Positions 57,511 through 64,000 of a stretch of DNA of 64,000 bases are shown piece by piece. The notes beneath the pieces were generated by a model. The model did no database searches, was not told where the DNA came from, and was given only the letters and a program-made list of their open reading frames with translations. The stretch lies in the NCBI GenBank assembly GCA_964576535.1, contig CAZNWB010000001.1, forward strand, positions 66,082-130,081, written 5' to 3'. Source of the DNA: an uncultured bacterium. Its GTDB lineage: Bacteria > Methylomirabilota > Methylomirabilia > Methylomirabilales > 2-02-FULL-66-22. Each line of letters begins with the position of its first letter. Within the stretch, counting starts at the first letter, position 1. The translations under genes were made by a program, and so were the position numbers.

Positions 57511-58796
57511 CGGCGATCGCGATCCTCCTCGGAGGGTTCGCCCTCTTGCTCGCGATGAACGTGCCGGTGGCCTTTGCCATGGCACTTGCCTGCATCGCCA
57601 CCCTCCTCTGGCAGGGAACGATCCCGGTCTTGACCGTCACGCTGAAGCTCTACTCGGGGATCGACACGTTCCCCTTCCTGGCCATCCCCCTCTTCATCCT
57701 GGCCGGGGGCCTGATGGAGCACGGGGGGATTTCCCAGCGGCTGGTGCGGTTGGCCAGGAATCTCGTGGGGCACATCAAGGGGGGACTGGGCTTTGTGGTG
57801 GTGGTGTCCGAGATCTTTTTCTCTGGGATCTCCGGGTCCTCGATCGCCGATGCGTCCGCCATCGGGTCGCTTTTGCTGCCCTCCATGATCCGGGCGGGCT
57901 ACGCTGCCAACCGGGCCGCCGCCATCGTCGCCGCGGCCACCGGGATGGGGATGATGATCCCGCCCTGCCTGAACATGGTGGTCCTGGGGGCGGTGTCCAA
58001 TATCTCCATCGCCGGGCTGTTCATGGGCGGATTCCTCCCCGGATTTCTCATGGCCCTCACCCTGATGGTCATCATCTACATTCAGTCGTCCAGGGGGACC
58101 TTACCCGGCGCGGAAGGAAGCAGACCAGCCTTCCGGGAAGTCCTCATCTCGCTCTGGGACAGCGTCATTCCGCTCATGATGCCGGTGATCATCTTCGGCG
58201 GCATCTTCGCGGGAATCTTCACTGCGACCGAGGCCGCCGCGGTGGCCACCGTGTACGCGTTCATCGTGTCGGTCTTTTTCTACAAGGAGATCCAAGGGAA
58301 GGAGTTGGTGAAAATCTTCGTGGATACCGCGGTCATGACGGGGGTCGTATGCTTGCTGGTCGGAGCGGCGACGAGCTTCTCCTGGATCCTGGCCACCTAT
58401 CAGGTGCCGCGGATGATCGGGGACTTCATCGGATCGCTGGAGGGAGGACGAGCCGTCTTCTTGCTCATGACGATTGCGGTCTTCCTGGTATTCGGAATGA
58501 TCTTGGATGGCCTGCCTGCCATTCTCATCTTCTTTCCCATCCTGTATCCGATCGCCCTCTCCGTCGGGCTCCACCCACTGCACTTCGGGGTCTTGGTGAT
58601 CGCGGTCGTTGGCATCTCGATCGTGGCTCCGCCCATCGGTCTGTGTCTCGTAATCATCTGCAGCCTGGCCAAGATCAAGCTGACGGACACCATTCGGCCA
58701 CTCATTCCATACACCCTCATCCTGATTGTAGATCTGATCGTCATCGCCTTCTGGCCGTGGCTAGTGCTGATTCTTCCCACCGTGTTCAAGCTGTAA
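57507..58796 (+). CDS. dctM: TRAP transporter large permease (DctM family)
   Basis: 429-aa polytopic protein with ..FPFLAIPLFILAG.. and ..GISGSSIADASAIGS. Confidence 0.93.
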   Translation: MTAIAILLGGFALLLAMNVPVAFAMALACIATLLWQGTIPVLTVTLKLYSGIDTFPFLAIPLFILAGGLMEHGGISQRLVRLARNLVGHIKGGLGFVVVVSEIFFSGISGSSIADASAIGSLLLPSMIRAGYAANRAAAIVAAATGMGMMIPPCLNMVVLGAVSNISIAGLFMGGFLPGFLMALTLMVIIYIQSSRGTLPGAEGSRPAFREVLISLWDSVIPLMMPVIIFGGIFAGIFTATEAAAVATVYAFIVSVFFYKEIQGKELVKIFVDTAVMTGVVCLLVGAATSFSWILATYQVPRMIGDFIGSLEGGRAVFLLMTIAVFLVFGMILDGLPAILIFFPILYPIALSVGLHPLHFGVLVIAVVGISIVAPPIGLCLVIICSLAKIKLTDTIRPLIPYTLILIVDLIVIAFWPWLVLILPTVFKL

Positions 58797-58882
58797 GCCA
58801 TGCTGTCTCATTCGCAGGCATCCGGCGCGAGTGCAACAGAGTCGCCAGGCCGGCCGATTGACCTCAACGGAAAGGACCGGGT

Positions 58883-59872
58883 ATGCCCAAGCTGAAGATC
58901 GGCTTCATCCCTATTGAAGGCGGGCACTACTACAAGGAGGCCCTGGAGGAGGTGATCCGGGGGGAGGAGCTGGGCTTCGACTCCATCTGGATGGAGGAGC
59001 ACCATTCTGTCGTGAACCACTACTGGCCCTCCCCCCTCACGGTGCTCGCCGGGTTCGCCACGCGTACCTCGAAGGTGATCCTGGGGACCGACATCCTGGT
59101 CGCGCCCTTTTACCATCCCGTGCGACTAGCGGAGGACGCGGCGCTTCTGGACATCATGTCGGGGGGGCGCTTCGTCCTGGGGGTCGCCATCGGCTACAAG
59201 CCGGACGAGTTCGCCCTCTACGGCGCCGAGCTGGAGAGGCGCGGCGCGCGCTTCGAGGAGCAACTGGCCGTCGTCAAGGGCCTCTGGACCCAGGAGGCGT
59301 TCTCATTCCAGGGGAAGTACTACAAGGTGGAGGGCCGGCTGGAGCCCAAGCCCATCACGAGACCCCACCCGCCCGTGTGGGTCGGGGGGTGGGGCGATCT
59401 CACCCTCAAACGCGCCGCGACGCTGGCCGACAACTGGATCCCCGGGCCCACGGCGGATCTCGCGCGCCTGCTGGCGGGCAAGCAGCAGTTCCTGAAGAAC
59501 CGCGCCGCTGCGGGCCGCACCGCGCCCGTCGCCGAGTGGCCCGTTACCCGCGACGTCATCATTGCGGACACCGACAAAGAGGCCCGGGACCTGGCGGAGC
59601 GGCACATCATGCTCGCCTACCGGAAGGAGTACGCTGGAGGCTGGAAGCACCCCTTCATCGACGCCTCCATCGCCACGGACCTCGATGCCCTGAAGAAGGA
59701 CCGCTTCCTGATCGGGGGGCCCGACGAGGTCATCCGGGCCCTCAGACCGGTGGTGGAGCAGTACGGCATGACCCACCTGATCTGCCGGCTGTTCTTCCCG
59801 GGCATGCCCCACCGGCATATCCTGCGGGAGCTGGAGCTTCTGGCCAAGGAGATCATGCCGGCGTTCCGCTGA
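58883..59872 (+). CDS. LLM-class (luciferase-like) flavin/F420-dependent oxidoreductase
   Basis: ..LGFDSIWMEEHH.., ..FVLGVAIGYKPDEF.. and ..PPVWVGGWG. Confidence 0.88.
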   Translation: MPKLKIGFIPIEGGHYYKEALEEVIRGEELGFDSIWMEEHHSVVNHYWPSPLTVLAGFATRTSKVILGTDILVAPFYHPVRLAEDAALLDIMSGGRFVLGVAIGYKPDEFALYGAELERRGARFEEQLAVVKGLWTQEAFSFQGKYYKVEGRLEPKPITRPHPPVWVGGWGDLTLKRAATLADNWIPGPTADLARLLAGKQQFLKNRAAAGRTAPVAEWPVTRDVIIADTDKEARDLAERHIMLAYRKEYAGGWKHPFIDASIATDLDALKKDRFLIGGPDEVIRALRPVVEQYGMTHLICRLFFPGMPHRHILRELELLAKEIMPAFR

Positions 59873-59914
59873 GACATCCGCTTCCCGGGCGCGTCCTGAC
59901 ACCCGGGATAGTCG

Positions 59915-59943
59915 TTGACATTTCCCGTCGCCCCCGGTAGGGT
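59915..59943 (+). promoter_or_regulatory. Candidate promoter TTGACA-N17-TAGGGT upstream of ilvE
   Basis: Perfect -35 with a 3/6 -10, about 45 nt upstream of the ATG at 59986. Confidence 0.4.
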
Positions 59944-59985
59944 GCTGCCGAACGCACGTTCGGGAGGCCACCAAAGGGGGAGGTC

Positions 59986-60897
59986 ATGAATCTCGCCTAC
60001 TTCAACAAACAGTTCGTGCCGCTCTCGGAGGCCAAGATCAGCATCCGGACGAATGCCCTGCACTATGGAAGCGGGGTATTCGAGGGGATCCGGGCCTACT
60101 GGAATCCGAAGGAGCAGCAACTGTACGTCTTCAAGCTCCCGGAACACTACGAGCGCATGGTGAACAACTGCAAGGTGATGAAGCTCAAGCTGGATCACGA
60201 CATGAAAGAGCTGTGCGCCCTCACTGTGGATCTCCTCCGTCGGAACCAGCCGCGGGAGGATACCTACATCCGCCCCATCGCCTACATCAGCTCCGAGGGG
60301 CTGGGTCCAAAGCTCATCGGCTACGAGACCGGGTTCGCCGTCTATACCATCCCGCTCGGGGATTACATCGACACCTCGGTCGGGATCAAGGTAGGATTCT
60401 CCTCGTGGCGCCGGATCAGCGACAACAGCATCCCGGCCCGCTGTAAGGTGACCGGGGGATACGTGAACTCGGCGCTGGCCCGGACCGAGGCCATAGAGCA
60501 GGGCTACGACGAGGCCATCTTCCTCACCCAAGACGGCTTCATCTCCGAGGGATCGGCCGAGAACATCTTCCTTGCCCGCAACGGCAGCCTCATCACGCCT
60601 GACCTGTCCCAGGACATCCTGGAGGGGATCACCCGCGACGTGCTCCTCACGCTGTGCCGGGAGGAGCTGGGCTTGACGGTGGTCGAGCGTCAGGTGGGCC
60701 GCACGGAGCTGTACGTGGCGGACGAGGTCTTCCTCTGCGGGACCGGGGCCCAGGTCTCCCCGGTGATCGAGGTGGATCGCCGCCCCGTGGGCAGCGGGAA
60801 GATCGGCCCCATCACGGCCCGCATCCAGCAGCTCTACTTCCAGGTCGTCAAGGGCGACCATCCCAAGTACCGCCACTGGTGCACGCCGGTGTATTGA
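59986..60897 (+). CDS. ilvE: Branched-chain amino acid aminotransferase (fold type IV)
   Basis: ..LHYGSGVFEGIRAY.., ..CKVTGGYVNS.. and ..EGSAENIFL..GITRD. Confidence 0.93.
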   Translation: MNLAYFNKQFVPLSEAKISIRTNALHYGSGVFEGIRAYWNPKEQQLYVFKLPEHYERMVNNCKVMKLKLDHDMKELCALTVDLLRRNQPREDTYIRPIAYISSEGLGPKLIGYETGFAVYTIPLGDYIDTSVGIKVGFSSWRRISDNSIPARCKVTGGYVNSALARTEAIEQGYDEAIFLTQDGFISEGSAENIFLARNGSLITPDLSQDILEGITRDVLLTLCREELGLTVVERQVGRTELYVADEVFLCGTGAQVSPVIEVDRRPVGSGKIGPITARIQQLYFQVVKGDHPKYRHWCTPVY

Positions 60898-60983
60898 CCT
60901 CCCCTCATTTCCGCCTCTCCCCGGGTACCCCGCCTGCGGCGGGGTGCGGGAAAGGAAATAGGTGAGGGGGCTCTGGAAACCAT

Positions 60984-61020
60984 GCGGCCCGGAGGATGTC
61001 TCCGGGCCGCGTTCTTGTTT
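60984..61020 (+). terminator. Intrinsic terminator of ilvE
   Basis: GCGGCCCGGAG-GATGT-CTCCGGGCCGC followed by GTTCTTGTTT. Confidence 0.75.
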
Positions 61021-61053
61021 GGCAGCTCTCGCTGGGAAATTCCGGCGCGGACC

Positions 61054-61326
61054 TTACCAAATCTCGGACTGCACGTCCCCCCGGCCCTTCACCAGGATGT
61101 CCACGACCGCCAGGTTGAAATAGTCCGTCTGGAGCGTCACCGCCGGATCCACGTTCTTCTCGTAGTACCTCCGCCCCTCCTCAAGCTCCCGCTCCATCAC
61201 TTGGAACAGATTGTCGTGCTTGATGCCCTCGGTGATCTTTTCTTGGTTGTACAGGACGATGTCCCCCACGATCAGCCGCGCCAGCCGCCTGGCGCGCTCG
61301 TGCGGGTCCTTGCGTTCGACGGCCAT
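61054..61326 (-). CDS. Small hypothetical protein (90 aa)
   Basis: Coding-like (..ARRLARLIVGDIVLYNQEKI..), 24 nt downstream of purF on the same strand. No family recognised. Confidence 0.6.
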   Translation of the reverse strand: MAVERKDPHERARRLARLIVGDIVLYNQEKITEGIKHDNLFQVMERELEEGRRYYEKNVDPAVTLQTDYFNLAVVDILVKGRGDVQSEIW

Positions 61327-61350
61327 AGGTGAGCGCCCACCCTCCGTGAT

Positions 61351-62745
61351 TCAGGCTCCGAAGAGGCGCAACTGGCTCACATCCTCCACCGGGAACGCCA
61401 CCGGGTACTGCAGGCTGAAGCAGGCATGGCAGAACCCGTCATCCTTTCCGACGGCTTTGAGCAGCCCCTGCATGCTCAGATATCCCAGACTGTCGGCCCG
61501 GATGTACCGGCGGATCTCCTCCACCGAGTGGCTGGAGGCGATGAGTTCCTTCCGGGTCGGCGTGTCGATCCCGTAGAAGCAGGGGGAGACGGTGGGCGGC
61601 GCACTGATGCGCATGTGGACCTCGCGGGCGCCGGCCGAGCGGATCATGGTCACGATCTTCCGGCTGGTGGTCCCGCGGATGATGGAGTCGTCCACCACCA
61701 CGACCCGCTTCCCTTCCAGGATTTCCCGCACCGGGTTCAGCTTGATCTTCACCCCGAAGTGGCGGATAGTCTGCTTGGGTTCGATGAAGGTCCGACCCAC
61801 GTAGTGGTTGCGGATCAGGCCGTGGTCGAAGGACAGGCCCGACTCCTGCGCGTAGCCGAGGGCCGCCGGCAGCCCGGAGTCCGGCACCGGGATCACCAAG
61901 TCCGCGTCGGCCGGCGCCTCCCGGGCGAGTTGCCGGCCCAGCGCCTTGCGCGCCACGGCGACGTTCTGCCCGTACAGCAGGCTGTCGGGGCGGGAGAAGT
62001 AGACGTACTCGAAGATGCACTGGGCCGGACGCGCTGGCGGCAACGGCCGGTAGGATTTCATCCCCTGGGGGGTGATGTGGACGAACTCGCCCGGCTCCAC
62101 GTCCCGCACGAACGTCGCATCGATCAGGTCGAAGGCGCAGGTCTCGGATGCCAGGACCCAGGCATCCCCCAGCCGCCCTAGGGACAGGGGCCGGAACCCG
62201 TGCGGGTCCCGGATCCCCAGGAGCTCCGTCTCATTCATGATCACCAGGGAATAGGCCCCCGAAACCCGGCCCAGCGCCTCGGCCGTCGCCTCCACGAGGT
62301 TATCGCTCGCGGAGCGGGCGATCAGGTGGACGATGACCTCGGTGTCGGTGGTGGAACTGAAGATCGAGCCCTCTCGCTCCAGCTCGGCCTTCAACAGGTG
62401 GGCGTTGACGAGGTTGCCGTTGTGGGCCAGGGCCACGCTGCCGCGGCGGTAGTTGGCCAGGATCGGCTGGGCGTTCTTGAGCTGGGAGCTGCCGGTCGTC
62501 GAATAGCGCACGTGGCCAATGGCCAGAGAGCCCTTGAGGCGGCGGAGGCGGATCTCGCCGAAGACATCCGCCACGAGGCCCATCCCCCGCTCGAGGTGCA
62601 GCGTGTGGCCGTCCGAGGCGACGATCCCGGCGCTCTCCTGTCCCCGGTGCTGGAGGGCGTACAGCCCCAGGTAGGTCAGATTGCCCGCTTCGGGACGGCC
62701 CAGGATTCCGAAGATACCGCAGGCCTCGCGGAATTTATCCAACAT
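61351..62745 (-). CDS. purF: Amidophosphoribosyltransferase
   Basis: ATG at 62745 follows [22 protein letters not shown] (propeptide + catalytic Cys), a PRTase motif ..[13 protein letters not shown].. and C-terminal Cys ligands. Confidence 0.94.
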   Translation of the reverse strand: MLDKFREACGIFGILGRPEAGNLTYLGLYALQHRGQESAGIVASDGHTLHLERGMGLVADVFGEIRLRRLKGSLAIGHVRYSTTGSSQLKNAQPILANYRRGSVALAHNGNLVNAHLLKAELEREGSIFSSTTDTEVIVHLIARSASDNLVEATAEALGRVSGAYSLVIMNETELLGIRDPHGFRPLSLGRLGDAWVLASETCAFDLIDATFVRDVEPGEFVHITPQGMKSYRPLPPARPAQCIFEYVYFSRPDSLLYGQNVAVARKALGRQLAREAPADADLVIPVPDSGLPAALGYAQESGLSFDHGLIRNHYVGRTFIEPKQTIRHFGVKIKLNPVREILEGKRVVVVDDSIIRGTTSRKIVTMIRSAGAREVHMRISAPPTVSPCFYGIDTPTRKELIASSHSVEEIRRYIRADSLGYLSMQGLLKAVGKDDGFCHACFSLQYPVAFPVEDVSQLRLFGA

Positions 62746-62763
62746 CGCATTTCCCCTCGCGCT

Positions 62764-62849
62764 CAACGCAAAACTGACAACCGACAACTGAACACCGGCC
62801 AGTTGCCCGGTTGTCGGTTGTCAGTTGTCGGTTTTCAATTGTCATTGGC
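62764..62849. repeat. GTTGTC-family hairpin
   Basis: CGCAAAACTGACAACCGACAACTGAACACCGG-loop-CCGGTTGTCGGTTGTCAGTTGTCGGTTTTC..CATTGGC, between the aminotransferase stop and the purF start. Confidence 0.8.
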
Positions 62850-62854
62850 GGGTC

Positions 62855-64000
62855 TCACAAGACCCGCTTGATCCCTTGGATGGCCTGGCGGGTCCGGTGC
62901 TCGTTTTCCACGAGCGCGAAGCGCACGTACCCGTCCCCGGACTGCCCGAACCCGATGCCAGGGGACACCGCTACCTTGGCTTTGTCCAGCAGGAACTTGG
63001 AGAACTCCAGCGAGCCCACCATCCGGAACTGGTCCGGAATCCGCGCCCAGACGAACATGGTCCCTTGGGGCTTGTCCACCTTCCACCCGATGCGGGTCAA
63101 CCCCTCGCACAGGACGTCGCGGCGCGCGGCGTAAGTCCGCACGATCTCCCCCACGCAGTCCTGTGGCCCGTTGAGGGCGATGATGGACGCGATCTGGATC
63201 GGCTGGAACATCCCGTAGTCGAGGTAGCTCTTGATCCGCGTGAGGGCGGCGATGATCCGCGGATTGCCCACCGCGAAGCCGACCCGCCAGCCGGGCATGT
63301 TATAGCTCTTGGAAAGCGTGAAGAACTCCACCCCCACGTCCTTGGCCCCGGGGGCCTGCAGGAAGCTGGGCGCCTGGTACCCGTCGAAGGTGAGATCGGC
63401 ATAGGCGAAATCGTGGATCACGATCAGGTCATTCTCCTGGGCAAAGGCGACGATCTTGGCGAAGAACTCGGCGTCCACCACGGCCGTCGTGGGGTTGTGG
63501 GGAAAGCTCAGGATGAGCAGCTTGGGCTGCGGCCACGATTCCCGGAAGGCCGCCATGAGGTTGGCGAAGAAATCCTCGCCCGGGGCCAGGCGGACGTGGC
63601 GCACGTCCCCGCCGGCGATCACCACGGAATAGGCGTGGATCGGGTACGTCGGATTGGGGACCAGGGCCACGTCCCCGGGCTCCACGATGGCCAGGGCCAG
63701 GTGGGACAGCCCCTCCTTCGCCCCGATGGTGGCGATGGCCTCTGTCTCGGGGTCCAGCTCCACCCCGTAGCGCCGGCGGTACCAGTCGCAGATGGCGTGG
63801 CGAAGCTTGGTGATCCCCCGCGAGGCGGAATACCGGTGATTCCGCGCGTTGCGAACTGCCTCGCACAGCTTCTCCACGATATGGGGGGGCGTGGGCAAGT
63901 CGGGGTTGCCCATGCCGAAGTCAATGATGTCCTCGCCCCGTGCCCGCGCCTTGACCTTCAGGTCTGTTACGATGGCGAAGACGTAGGGCGGGAGCCGTTT
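62855..64000 (-). CDS. Class I/II pyridoxal-phosphate aminotransferase (alanine/aspartate transaminase-like), N-terminus outside window
   Basis: The frame stays open to nt 64000 (..[38 protein letters not shown]..). ..[13 protein letters not shown].. holds the PLP lysine. Confidence 0.88.
   Translation of the reverse strand, partial: KRLPPYVFAIVTDLKVKARARGEDIIDFGMGNPDLPTPPHIVEKLCEAVRNARNHRYSASRGITKLRHAICDWYRRRYGVELDPETEAIATIGAKEGLSHLALAIVEPGDVALVPNPTYPIHAYSVVIAGGDVRHVRLAPGEDFFANLMAAFRESWPQPKLLILSFPHNPTTAVVDAEFFAKIVAFAQENDLIVIHDFAYADLTFDGYQAPSFLQAPGAKDVGVEFFTLSKSYNMPGWRVGFAVGNPRIIAALTRIKSYLDYGMFQPIQIASIIALNGPQDCVGEIVRTYAARRDVLCEGLTRIGWKVDKPQGTMFVWARIPDQFRMVGSLEFSKFLLDKAKVAVSPGIGFGQSGDGYVRFALVENEHRTRQAIQGIKRVL

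Overview
GC-rich chromosomal window from a diderm (LPS-producing) bacterium. I cannot assign a taxon from sequence alone. It is almost entirely housekeeping. It begins with purH(3' end)-purD-purE and an ArnT/ArnC-like glycolipid-modification cluster (GT39/83, GT2, flippase-like, PAP2). A long minus-strand envelope supercluster follows (bamA-skp-lpxD-fabZ-lpxA-lpxI-oxidoreductase-lpxB-DUF374-waaA-lpxK-lpxL-like-waaF::gmhB-GT9-DUF3108-epimerase). After it come clpC, lolDC, lysS, prfB (with the classical +1 frameshift), lnt, cdsA, frr, pyrH, tsf, rpsB, argJ, argC, rpsI, rplM, coaX, birA and valS. Next is a cheW-cheW-response-regulator module. Then come a TRAP transporter/oxidoreductase block, ilvE, purF and a truncated aminotransferase. 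No transposase, integrase, CRISPR array, rRNA or tRNA was recognised. The most unusual signal is non-coding. More than 20 intergenic sites carry hairpins or arrays whose arms are tandem degenerate 7- or 8-nt words (GTTCGGNN, GTTGTCRG, NNGCTGA, AATGCGG, TCGAATG, GGCAATCN, GGTGRATY, CAGATTNN). They fall into several sequence families that share one architecture. One family has AGCGTTCG/CGAACGCT termini. Three of its copies carry a nested, nearly identical GC-rich core hairpin, and the variant copy shows compensatory stem changes. Several near-consensus sigma70 promoters and intrinsic terminators are readable. All homology calls come from my reading of the translated ORFs, and no database search was run.
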